This document shows positions 41,293-50,603 of a stretch of DNA of 64,000 nt, piece by piece. The DNA is taken from NCBI GenBank assembly GCA_021817565.1, contig JAKAUP010000007.1, positions 152,497-216,496 of the forward strand, given 5' to 3'. The notes beneath the pieces are model-generated. The model had not been told where the DNA came from. It ran no database searches and was given only the letters and a program-made list of their open reading frames with translations. This DNA is from Candidatus Micrarchaeota archaeon. GTDB lineage: Archaea > Micrarchaeota > Micrarchaeia > Micrarchaeales > Micrarchaeaceae. Within the stretch, counting starts at the first letter, position 1, and each line of letters begins with the position of its first letter. The position numbers and the translations under genes are program-made.

Positions 41293-42507
41293 CTAGCTTA
41301 GTCTTATGCTTATCCTCTTTTTATAATACTTCTCATAGCTATTCTCAATCGATTCCTTCAGTACCTCAATCTCTTTCGATAGCGAATCCATCTCGTTTGA
41401 CAATGCAGCAATCCTTTCATTTTTCGCGGCAGCCTCCATCCTCTTTGCGTTCTCCCTTTCAAGTTCAGCTTCTGCACGTCTAAGTCCTATCTTTATCTCC
41501 TCAGCCTCTTCACGTAGCTTCCAAATCATTTCTATCTCTCTAAGCAACTCCGGGTCAGAAGCCCTTCCAATCTCTTCCAAGACACCAGAGCTGTTCTTGA
41601 GCTCTATCTCTCCTTTTTTGATTGCGTCAGCCATTGAGAGAAGTTCGGTCTTCAGTCTCGCGAAATCGTCCGCGCCTCTTATTGCGTTTGTCGGGTCAGA
41701 CACAGCGTCCCCGAGCCTGCCCTTCCTCCCTATTATATGGTCATACTTTCTTGCCGGTCTTTCCAAAGGGAGGAATACTCCCGAGATTTTTGAATCTAAC
41801 CTACCTATCTTTTCAGATACGGATTTTAGCTCCGAATCAAGTTTTTTAACCGTGTCTTCAACAGACGCATTTGGATTATGCTCTGCCCCGTGCAAGTTTG
41901 CGCCTTCAAGCAACCTCTTCTCCGCGTCAGCATCTTCCAAAAGCGCAATCAACCTGGAAAGCTCCGCAGAAGATTCAAAGAGTCGCCTGTACTCGCTATA
42001 AGATTCCTTTTCGCGTTCCAGTTCGTAATCGAGTTTTGATATGCTCCTATCAAGCTCAGCAAGCGCATTTTTGAAATCGCCCAGCCCCTTAGAATAGGCC
42101 ATAAAGACCCCTTTGAAGGTATTGTTAGTCCTAAGTATCTTTTCCCTGATCTCCTTCGCTTCCCTAGCCACATCCCCATAAGTCTCATAACTATTCCCTC
42201 TTTCGGTTTTCAACCTAGCGCTCAAGATTCCAATCAATGCTTTCACATAGCTTGCCTTCTGCGTTTCTATAAGCGTGGGATCCACCCTAGAATAATAATA
42301 TTCGCGATCAATTTCCGGTTTCCGCGCATAACGCTCAAAACTCCTGCAAGCGTCCTCAAACATATGCAGCGCGTTATCTATTCCATCCTTTCCAGATTTG
42401 CACCTATCGGAGAAAGACCGTATCTTATCCTCAAAGCACCTTGCAGCATAAGCGTCCAGCTCACCAACCCCTACCTGTTCTTTCCTTCCCCCTCTTCCAA
42501 AAATCAC
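41293..42507 (-). CDS. Coiled-coil hypothetical protein
   Basis: 404-aa charged helical ORF filling the space, co-oriented with taw1. Confidence 0.75.
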   Translation of the reverse strand: MIFGRGGRKEQVGVGELDAYAARCFEDKIRSFSDRCKSGKDGIDNALHMFEDACRSFERYARKPEIDREYYYSRVDPTLIETQKASYVKALIGILSARLKTERGNSYETYGDVAREAKEIREKILRTNNTFKGVFMAYSKGLGDFKNALAELDRSISKLDYELEREKESYSEYRRLFESSAELSRLIALLEDADAEKRLLEGANLHGAEHNPNASVEDTVKKLDSELKSVSEKIGRLDSKISGVFLPLERPARKYDHIIGRKGRLGDAVSDPTNAIRGADDFARLKTELLSMADAIKKGEIELKNSSGVLEEIGRASDPELLREIEMIWKLREEAEEIKIGLRRAEAELERENAKRMEAAAKNERIAALSNEMDSLSKEIEVLKESIENSYEKYYKKRISIRLS

Positions 42508-42644
42508 ATAAATGCGCCTGCTTGATTAATGATAAGTAAGCTATAACATCTTTTTGAAACTAGCCAGAAATAAAGATACATAACTGTGCAAGCATAATAA
42601 TTTTAAACCCCCGCCATAAATATATAGCAAGGGCGTGTATCTCG

Positions 42645-44594
42645 GTGGAATTGGATCAGGTAAACAGCATAGAGAATGCAAAACTTAGCCGCTCCCACTT
42701 GCGCATAATGCTCATATCAGGGATGAGCTTCTTCACTGACGCATATGACCTATTTGTAATAGGTATAGTGCTCATAATGATAAAGGGGATATTCAGTCTC
42801 ACTCCTTTTCAGATAGGCTTGCTTGCAAGCTCCGCGCTCTTCGGCGCGGCAGTAGGTCCGCTCATATTCGGGTACGTCGGAGACAAAATAGGCAGGAAGC
42901 ATACATACTGGATCACTATCCTAATACTCATCATAGGAGCGATAGGCTCTGCATTCTCATACGGTTTCATAACCCTGTTCATATGGAGGTTCATCCTTGG
43001 AGTTGGTATAGGGGGCGACTATCCGCTCAGCGCAACAATAGTCGCGGAATACGCAAACAAGAACGACAGGGGAAAGCTGATATCATCCACATTCGCGATG
43101 CAGGGCTTCGGGATAGTCTCTGGCGCAATACTGGCAATCCTTCTCCTCTCGATAAACGTGAATGTAGGGATAGCATGGAGAATACTTCTGGGGTTCGGGG
43201 CAGTACCTACCCTATTCATACTTTATGCAAGAGCCAGGTTGCATGAGACACCATGGTACAGCGATTACAAAAAGAAGGCAAGTTCGTCTCATCACAAGGC
43301 GCCCGATTACACAATAGGTATCAGGGAGCTCATCTCCAACAACTGGAAGTACATAATCGGAACTTCTGTTGCATGGTTCCTGCTTGATATCTCATACTAC
43401 GGCACATCCATATTTACCCCATACCTTACCACGCTATTTGGTTTCAAGGGGATCTTTGGCCCGACATTGGCATCTGCAGCCATACTCGTAGTGGCGGCAG
43501 TTCCTGGATACTGGGTTGCAGTCGCACTTATAGACAAGGAGGGGAGGAAGCTGATGCAATCAATAGGATTCCTGGCGATGGGCATACTCTTCGGCATATT
43601 GGCAATATCCGGCCAATACCTGCTCAGCATCCTACCGCTAGCGTTCTTCTCGCTCTACGCACTTACGTTCTTCTTCTCAAACTATGGGCCAAACACAACA
43701 ACATACGTATATCCAGTGGAATTATACCCCACGCAGTATAGAGCTAGGGGGCACGGGATAGCAGCCACATCCGGAAAGATAGGAGCAGCAATATCCACCC
43801 TCCTATTTCCGATAGTGATACTCGAATACGGGAAGTTTGCGCTGATGGGGGCGTTAGGCGTTGTCGCAATAATAGGGTTTGTTGTAACAGTATTCCTTCT
43901 CCCGGAAACAAAGAGGCGCTCCCTTACGGAGACCTCTGGAGAGCGTGAGATAATGCTCATAACTGACAGCCTGGGATCAGAGTTCTATGGGCTGGTGGAA
44001 AGGATAGATGAAGGGATAAAACTTGTGGACAAAAGGCTTTCACGGGAGACCGGAAACGAGGAGTTCTTCGAGAGCGTGAAGCTCAAAGAGCACGAGGCGG
44101 ATCAGATTGTCCATAAGATAATGGACTACATAGCCGACTATGGTGCTAACAGTATCTCATACACGGACGTATCGCATCTAGCAAAGAGGCTGGACGACAT
44201 CATGGACAGCCTCGAGGCAATAGCATCGAGATTCTCGTTGTACGATGTGGAGAAAGTGGAGAAGGAGATGGTTGAGGTGCAGAAGTGCACGCGGATGTGT
44301 TTCAATCAAGTAAGAGAGGGGATGTTCATACTCAATAAGGTAAGGAAACACGGAATGGGCGTGCAGGAATCGTTCAAAAAACACTCGATACTTGCGTCCG
44401 AGTATGAGAACGCGGCGGATGCGGTACTGCGTTCCTCCATAAAAAGGCTGATGCGCGGCAATAACATAAAGCACATAATCGCATACAAGGAGATATACGA
44501 GCACATGGAGGCGGTTAGCGACAGGTGCATAGATGTAATTGACATAATAAACGATATCATAATAAAGTATGTCTACTCATCAAAACGCAGCTGA
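42645..44594 (+). CDS. Pho84-like MFS phosphate:H+ symporter fused to C-terminal DUF47/PhoU-like domain
   Basis: FFTDAYDLF, GDKIGRK, GGDYPLSA, GPNTTT; tail EHEADQI, LDDIMD, ENAAD, E.VSDRC.D. Confidence 0.88.
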   Translation: MELDQVNSIENAKLSRSHLRIMLISGMSFFTDAYDLFVIGIVLIMIKGIFSLTPFQIGLLASSALFGAAVGPLIFGYVGDKIGRKHTYWITILILIIGAIGSAFSYGFITLFIWRFILGVGIGGDYPLSATIVAEYANKNDRGKLISSTFAMQGFGIVSGAILAILLLSINVNVGIAWRILLGFGAVPTLFILYARARLHETPWYSDYKKKASSSHHKAPDYTIGIRELISNNWKYIIGTSVAWFLLDISYYGTSIFTPYLTTLFGFKGIFGPTLASAAILVVAAVPGYWVAVALIDKEGRKLMQSIGFLAMGILFGILAISGQYLLSILPLAFFSLYALTFFFSNYGPNTTTYVYPVELYPTQYRARGHGIAATSGKIGAAISTLLFPIVILEYGKFALMGALGVVAIIGFVVTVFLLPETKRRSLTETSGEREIMLITDSLGSEFYGLVERIDEGIKLVDKRLSRETGNEEFFESVKLKEHEADQIVHKIMDYIADYGANSISYTDVSHLAKRLDDIMDSLEAIASRFSLYDVEKVEKEMVEVQKCTRMCFNQVREGMFILNKVRKHGMGVQESFKKHSILASEYENAADAVLRSSIKRLMRGNNIKHIIAYKEIYEHMEAVSDRCIDVIDIINDIIIKYVYSSKRS

Positions 44595-44625
44595 GGCTGC
44601 AAAAGCAAATGCAAACAGAAAGTAT
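44543..44625 (+). repeat. 83-bp direct repeat, copy 1 (transporter 3' end plus downstream bases)
   Basis: Identical to 45783-45865 except one T/C mismatch. Confidence 0.97.
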
Positions 44626-44867
44626 CATAACGAACCACAAAAGTAATTATATCCGGAGACCTGCATTTATCCCGTGTTCCTTTGGGTTATCCTAGTCAAC
44701 AAGTTTCTTCAATATATCGGAATTTTCAGGTAAGTTCATTTCTGGTCGCAGAAATGGCGGAGCGAAAAGTTATGATACATAAAATCCAAAAGACATTAGT
44801 GGAGTTCTATAATACAAAACAATCAGAAGTAAAAAGCCGGAGTCTTTCGATGCAGTACTGCTTTCAA

Positions 44868-45080
44868 CTATCTCTTGCGCAATAAAGTGATTTCTTTAAT
44901 TTCTCCAGTCTTTACTGCACGAACAAATTTATTGAAATGTTCTATCGACATTTTTGCTACATTTCCAACTTCGTCTATTAGACTGACTGCATCGGCATGC
45001 TCGTCAAGCACAAACTTTGGAACCTCCATTCTACGTGGGTGTACCTTATACACTTTTCGTTTCATCACCATCTCACCCAA
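44868..45080 (-). CDS. Small DUF397-like protein
   Basis: AVSLIDEVGNVAKMSIEHFNKFVRAVKTGE resembles the DUF397 C-terminus (V..RD...W..F...VK.G); downstream of a DUF6879-like gene. Confidence 0.5.
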   Translation of the reverse strand: MGEMVMKRKVYKVHPRRMEVPKFVLDEHADAVSLIDEVGNVAKMSIEHFNKFVRAVKTGEIKEITLLRKR

Positions 45081-45121
45081 AACTAATAATTAACCTAATA
45101 ATTTAATAATTTAGCTTTGTT

Positions 45122-45691
45122 TTATAGTCTATCTATTTTATGATTCTTCAAAAATTCATGCATAGGTATCCCCCGCTTTATTAAATCGGTTTTTAGATAT
45201 ATGTATTTAGAAAGACTAATCGGTTCTGTTATAGCGGTACCTTTATTTATGAAACGACCACGGGGATCATAGTTCATAGGTATAACTGCCTTGTTATCAA
45301 ACAACCAATAATCTTGGAATCTGGCAATAAGGTTTGCGACTTTATCTCTTTCGACAAATAAAAAACGTTGGCCATATTGCTCTGCTATAGAAGAGCCCAT
45401 CTCGATACCGAATTTTAAATAATCACTCATAGGCAAATCTAGTACTTGCAAGTCTATTATTCTCACACCAGCATACCTTTTCTTTTATTCCGGAAACCCA
45501 ATCTTTAAAGCCAGATACTTCAAACCCACTAACTGCTTCGCCATTTTTCCAACGTTCAAATAACTCTTTTTCGTCAATAACTTCATAATAATTTAACAAC
45601 TCTAACTTAAATATTTCAAATTCTGATTCTTTCCAATAGTATCAAAAGTCTTAATCTTAACCTTACTTTCATCACTGTTTGAAACTGTCAT
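45122..45691 (-). pseudogene. DUF6879-like gene with two frameshifts
   Basis: Joined frames read MTVSN..F / YWKESEFEIFKLELLNYY..E..FERWKNG..W..IKEK / GVRIIDLQVLDLPMSDYLKF..DYWLFD..MNYDPRGRF; shifts near 45642 and 45473. Confidence 0.7.
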
Positions 45692-45782
45692 TCGGTCGGA
45701 AGGGAGAACACAATAAGCAGCATGAAGGAAATGAGATACGCGGACGCGGGTCAGTGAAGGAGGGGCGCATAGGTACTATAGC

Positions 45783-45865
45783 CATAATAAACGACATCAT
45801 AATAAAGTATGTCTACTCATCAAAACGCAGCTGAGGCTGCAAAAGCAAATGCAAACAGAAAGTAT
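45783..45865 (+). repeat. 83-bp direct repeat, copy 2
   Basis: Matches 44543-44625; ends 34 bp before tRNA-Gly. Confidence 0.97.
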
Positions 45866-45899
45866 TAAATTACGAACCAAGGATATTTACCTGCAAATT

Positions 45900-45972
45900 G
45901 CGATCGTAGTCTAGCCTGGTAGGACATCGCCTTGCCAAGGCGGTAACCCGGGTCCAAATCCCGGCGGTCGCA
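45900..45972 (+). tRNA. tRNA-Gly(GCC)
   Basis: Acceptor GCGATCG/CGGTCGC, anticodon arm TCGCC-TTGCCAA-GGCGG, T arm CCGGG-TCCAAAT-CCCGG. Confidence 0.93.
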
Positions 45973-45981
45973 TCTCAAATA

Positions 45982-46998
45982 TCATTCGACTGAAGCTATC
46001 CCTTTAAAGGAAGAAAGCTGCTGCCCTACCTCATCAACAGAGTTAAACACCTCTATCCTGACTTTCATCGATTCAGCCATGTCGAGCACGTCCCTCACCT
46101 CGGTCTTTCCAAGCTCATTGTCGTTTACCAAGACTACGGAGGCCGCGTAATCGCCCAATGCCGCCTTTACCCCTTCAACGCCATAATGCGCCGCGCCTGT
46201 TGACAGTCCCTTCAGAAACTCCTCCATATAAACAAACTCCCTCCTTATTCTTTCCCTGTTGAGAAGCCCTTCAGTCCTCTTGCTTCTTATTACCTCATAA
46301 ACTCCCGTCCTTTCAGCGTTGCTTGCATCCTCATATACAATCTCCTTCTTCAAATCCTTCTTACTTTTCTTTATGTACTCCCTTACATCGTCCTTCGTGA
46401 AACCGGGGCCCGCTATTATCACAAGATTTGCTTCTATCGCATCAGCCTCTTCAGCTATTTCATCGAAATACTTCTCCTGCTGGATTTTGAAATCTTTCTG
46501 GCTCATCCTCTTGCTCAAGTTGCTGTATATCTCTCTCCTGAACTTAACCCCATAACCCAGCAGCACAGCTGAAACCCCCTTTTCATCATCCACGACTATG
46601 ATCCCGAGCCTTGGCCTGGAGGTATCAGATACGGCCTCCCTTATCACCCTAAGCATATATTCCTTCCAGGAAGGCTTCGATATCTCCAGCTCGTGCCTTG
46701 GGGGCAAGTTTATCGTGTGGTGGCTCCTGAGCTGCACGTACTCTATAGGGGACCCATCAACGATAATACCGGATATCCTGAGCCTCGAAGCATCTGTATC
46801 AAATTCCGTTCTCTCAACCTTTATCGTAACGATGACATCCTTCCTTTCCGCCTTGTCATCCTCATTTGGCTTGAACTTGCGCTCGCTCTTTCCCTTTACT
46901 ATGTCATTAGGGAATATGATACGCTGCACGCTCCACAGATCCTCAACATTGTCCAATCTTACTCTTATGGTCTGACCGTCGTTCCTCAACAGTTTCAT
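45982..46998 (-). CDS. pelA: Pelota (aDom34) ribosome rescue factor
   Basis: EDLW, RLRISG, HHT, AGPGFTK, QL.SF.GIA. Confidence 0.93.
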   Translation of the reverse strand: MKLLRNDGQTIRVRLDNVEDLWSVQRIIFPNDIVKGKSERKFKPNEDDKAERKDVIVTIKVERTEFDTDASRLRISGIIVDGSPIEYVQLRSHHTINLPPRHELEISKPSWKEYMLRVIREAVSDTSRPRLGIIVVDDEKGVSAVLLGYGVKFRREIYSNLSKRMSQKDFKIQQEKYFDEIAEEADAIEANLVIIAGPGFTKDDVREYIKKSKKDLKKEIVYEDASNAERTGVYEVIRSKRTEGLLNRERIRREFVYMEEFLKGLSTGAAHYGVEGVKAALGDYAASVVLVNDNELGKTEVRDVLDMAESMKVRIEVFNSVDEVGQQLSSFKGIASVE

Positions 46999-47079
46999 AA
47001 ATCCATATCTCAATTCTGATTTATAATCCTTACATCCGTTCCCATGCTTTTTATTAAGTATCGCTTCGAATACTTGTGT

Positions 47080-47673
47080 ATGTCGATACTCGGATCTTTG
47101 GCAGGCATGGCGGTTTCGCTAGTGGAAACGTACAGGTATCCAATGCTCTTTCTGCTTATGTTCCTGGAGAGTGCGAGCATCCCTGTTCCAAGCGAGGTGG
47201 TGATGCCACTTGCGGGTGCGCTTGCCTTCCGCCACATACTGTATTTTTGGCCCGCATTCATAGTCACGTTCGCAGGCAGTTCATTGGGTATAGCGCTTGA
47301 TTACTATATCGGCTTCGTGCTCGGAAAGGAGGTCGTATACAAGCACCTCAGGTTCTTCCATCTTAACAGGAAGAAGCTTGATGCGTTTGACTCCTGGTTC
47401 AACAAGAACGCTGTGGCAGCTGTATTCTTCTCAAGGCTACTACCTGTGGTGCGCACCATAATGAGCTTTCCTGCAGGTTTTGCAAGGATGAAGCCTAAGG
47501 AGTTTTTCGCGTACTCTTTTTCCGCCGCAGCATTATGGAACATAGTATTGATGCTTTTCGGTTTCTACGCGCTCAGCACAAACAACGCGGTAATATGGAT
47601 GGGCGCAATCGGTGCGTTCGCAATAGCGCTCTTCGTGCTGTACAGGATAGGCATGAAAAGACTACGCAGATGA
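47080..47673 (+). CDS. DedA family membrane protein
   Basis: LESASIPVPSEVVMPLAG, FFSRLLPVVRT..SFPAG. Confidence 0.92.
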   Translation: MSILGSLAGMAVSLVETYRYPMLFLLMFLESASIPVPSEVVMPLAGALAFRHILYFWPAFIVTFAGSSLGIALDYYIGFVLGKEVVYKHLRFFHLNRKKLDAFDSWFNKNAVAAVFFSRLLPVVRTIMSFPAGFARMKPKEFFAYSFSAAALWNIVLMLFGFYALSTNNAVIWMGAIGAFAIALFVLYRIGMKRLRR

Positions 47674-49884
47674 CCTTTTGCCCCTTTTCTCCCTGCGATT
47701 TAATGGCAGGAGTATAGTGAAGGTGGCTCCCTTTCCGACTTCCGAATCCACGCTTATACGCCCCCCATGCAGCTTTACTATACTCTGTGTTATCGCTAGG
47801 CCAAGGCCGGTGCCCTCGTTATTCCTCCTTGCAAGCTCCTTCCTTTGAGACTGGTAAAACTTCCTGAACAGCTTCTTCTTGTCCTCCTCGCTTATCCCTA
47901 CGCCAGTGTCCTGCACCACGCAGCATATCTTCCTGGCGCTCTTCATGGATATATGCACGCCTATGCTTCCCTTCTCGGTGAACTTTATCGCATTCCCTAT
48001 CAGGTTCACAAACACCTGTATCATCTTGTTCGGGTCTATCTGGACGGAGGGCACATTGTAATCTACCTTCCAGAAAAAGTCTAGTCCTTTGGCGCGCACC
48101 GCTTCCTCCAAGGCCTTTATCCCCGGGCTGTTCCCCATATCCACAAAGCTGATTTCATGGACATCCAGGCTTACCTTGTTCGCATCAAGCTTGTTCGCAT
48201 CAAGTATCTGCTTTATTATTAGCGACAACCGGTTCGACTCGTCGAAAATTATCTTGAGGTTCTCCCTCTGAATATCGTTCATGCTTCCAAATTCGCCGTC
48301 GATAAGGAACTTCGAGTACCCGGTTATGCTTGTAAGCGGCGTCTTGAGCTCATGCGCTATGTTGCTTATGAAATCAGATTTCGCTTCGTTCTCATTCTCA
48401 AGCCTTCTCGTCCTGTTCGCCTCCTTCCTGAGCTCCGACTGAAGGTCAGACACGGTACGGGAGCTTTCAAGTTCGTTTATGAGCACTGTGAACTCCGGTT
48501 GCCCATCCTTAAAGGCAACCCTTATGCTATGCGTGCATGGTAAAAGCCCTCCATCTTTCTTTTTCAGGTTTGTATACGTCCCGTTTATCTTGGTGCCTTT
48601 GCGCGCGTACGTAAGATCCCTGTCGAGCAGCTCCTTATCCGGGTATAAATCGTTTATCTCTCTTCCTAGCAACTCCTGTTTCTTATACCCGAGCAGTTTC
48701 TCGACAGGCATGTTGCATGAAGTTATATACCCAAGGTTATTTACAACGAGAACCATATCAGACATGTTCGCCACCATATCATTCATCATCTCTTCAGTCT
48801 GTCTTACCCTTGTCTCCATCGAGCGTTCCTGCAACACAACAGTATAGCCGTAAAGACCTCGAACGGCGAAGAGCCGCATAGGGATCCTCTCGGATTCCTG
48901 GTATATCTCTACCTCTTTTGACTGCACTCCGCTCTCCGCCTTTGAGAGTAGATCTATCAGCGCCTCTTTATCGGAAAGATCAACCAGCTCGTATATAAAC
49001 CGCTCAGCCATCAGTTCCCGTATGGGGAGGCTTCCCCTGCTGCCGTAGCAGCTCTTGACTTTCATCTCTGGGCTTAGATTAATCAGATAAGCATCAGGTA
49101 TGCTATCAAATATCCTTGAGAGATTGGCATGCATCTCACTGTGTGTAACATTGCTGAGCGTCAGATGCAGCATATTCTCATTCACCTTGGATGAGGAGAT
49201 CTCCGCCACAAATTCTCCTGAGGCGCCCTTGAGCAGCACGATACGCGGTTTCCCGTCTTTCGGCAATAGCCCATCAAATCCGCTCCCGAGCAGCGACTTG
49301 CACTGTAGCCCATCCATGGTATAGACACCGAATGTTTTGCAGAAGGCCTTGTTCGCCTTTACTACAAGATCATTGGAAGAAATCAGCGCCTGCGGCACAT
49401 TGGAGTTGAACGACGAATCAAAATAGGCGGCAAGCCTTCTGTTGATCTCCGCATCAGACCTGTTCACTAGGTAAAGCCCTATTACGTCCGAAACATAAGA
49501 AAGCGCAGTAACTACCTCCGGATTAAACCCATTCTCCCTCTGCGTATAAAGGCTGAGCATCCCTACTATATTACCTCCAACGATGCAAGGTATGAACGCG
49601 CAGCTCTTGTAGCCCTTGGCGCCCATCTCCACAGCATCAGACAATTCAGAAAACTCGCTTATCGAGTTGTCAACATAAGGTTTCCTCGTATTGTAAACAT
49701 ACCTAAAAGATTGGGTATCGGACTGTTTCCTGTTGTAGGTTTGTACTACCTGCACATAATCTATACCGAAGAAGGAGGATAGGGTAGATGAGAAAGCGGC
49801 GAGCATCTCACTTTCGCTCGCGCTTTTCCTGCCTACCTCAAGGATATCGGCAAAGAGTTTGACAAGGAAGCTGTTTTCAGACAT
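47662..49884 (-). CDS. Cytoplasmic GAF-PAS sensor histidine kinase
   Basis: H box AHELKTPLTSI, N box NLIGNAIKF, G1 DTGVG, G2 GTGLGL; N-terminal GAF- and PAS-like segments; no TM. Confidence 0.92.
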   Translation of the reverse strand: MSENSFLVKLFADILEVGRKSASESEMLAAFSSTLSSFFGIDYVQVVQTYNRKQSDTQSFRYVYNTRKPYVDNSISEFSELSDAVEMGAKGYKSCAFIPCIVGGNIVGMLSLYTQRENGFNPEVVTALSYVSDVIGLYLVNRSDAEINRRLAAYFDSSFNSNVPQALISSNDLVVKANKAFCKTFGVYTMDGLQCKSLLGSGFDGLLPKDGKPRIVLLKGASGEFVAEISSSKVNENMLHLTLSNVTHSEMHANLSRIFDSIPDAYLINLSPEMKVKSCYGSRGSLPIRELMAERFIYELVDLSDKEALIDLLSKAESGVQSKEVEIYQESERIPMRLFAVRGLYGYTVVLQERSMETRVRQTEEMMNDMVANMSDMVLVVNNLGYITSCNMPVEKLLGYKKQELLGREINDLYPDKELLDRDLTYARKGTKINGTYTNLKKKDGGLLPCTHSIRVAFKDGQPEFTVLINELESSRTVSDLQSELRKEANRTRRLENENEAKSDFISNIAHELKTPLTSITGYSKFLIDGEFGSMNDIQRENLKIIFDESNRLSLIIKQILDANKLDANKVSLDVHEISFVDMGNSPGIKALEEAVRAKGLDFFWKVDYNVPSVQIDPNKMIQVFVNLIGNAIKFTEKGSIGVHISMKSARKICCVVQDTGVGISEEDKKKLFRKFYQSQRKELARRNNEGTGLGLAITQSIVKLHGGRISVDSEVGKGATFTILLPLNRREKRGKRSSA

Positions 49885-49943
49885 ACTGTCGCCAAGAAGA
49901 TTCGCCAACAAAAATATATATTCCTAATGCGAGATAATAGGCT

Positions 49944-50603
49944 ATGCAGGTAAGGAAGTTATTTGATGGAGTATACACGCTCGACGGAAGGCTCTGCACC
50001 ATAGACATCGGTGCAGGGAGGAAGGTTTACGGGGAGGACCATCTCGAATACGAAGGGAAAGAGTACAGAATGTGGAATCCTTACAGAAGCAAACTTGCCG
50101 CGGCAATACTCAACGGCCTAAAGAACGAGCATATGCGGAAGGATGACAAGGTGCTGTATCTGGGAGCCGCCACAGGCACTACAACAAGCCACGTAAGCGA
50201 CATTATAGAAGAGAAAGGCGTGTTGTACTGCATAGAACTCTCTGAAAGGAACATGCGAGACCTGCTTGTTGTGTGCGAGAGCAGGCCAAACATGATCCCG
50301 ATACTCGAGGATGCGAGGTACACGGACAAATACGCGGATACGATAGCAGAATGCGACATAATATACCAGGACGTCTCGTCGCCAGAGCAGGCCGGAATAC
50401 TAGAGGCGAATTCAAGGTTCTTAAAGAGGGGAGGGTACGCTTATTTCGCGATAAAGTCGCAAAGCATAGATATAAAGAAAAAGCCAGAGGAAACATTCAA
50501 GAAGGTTCTGCAAAGCCTGGAGAAGACGTTCGAGATAGTTGAGGAGGTGCGCATAGAGCCATACCACAAGCTGCACCTCTTTGCAGTGCTGAGGAAGAGA
50601 TGA
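49944..50603 (+). CDS. flpA: Fibrillarin-like 2'-O-methyltransferase
   Basis: WNPYRSKLAA, VLYLGAATGTT.SHVSD, YQDV. Confidence 0.95.
   Translation: MQVRKLFDGVYTLDGRLCTIDIGAGRKVYGEDHLEYEGKEYRMWNPYRSKLAAAILNGLKNEHMRKDDKVLYLGAATGTTTSHVSDIIEEKGVLYCIELSERNMRDLLVVCESRPNMIPILEDARYTDKYADTIAECDIIYQDVSSPEQAGILEANSRFLKRGGYAYFAIKSQSIDIKKKPEETFKKVLQSLEKTFEIVEEVRIEPYHKLHLFAVLRKR

Larger units (their letters stand above)
44626..45782. mobile_element. AT-rich inserted cassette or island remnant between direct repeats
   Basis: Flanked by 83-bp direct repeats, visibly AT-richer than the flanks, carries decayed genes, no integrase. Confidence 0.65.
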
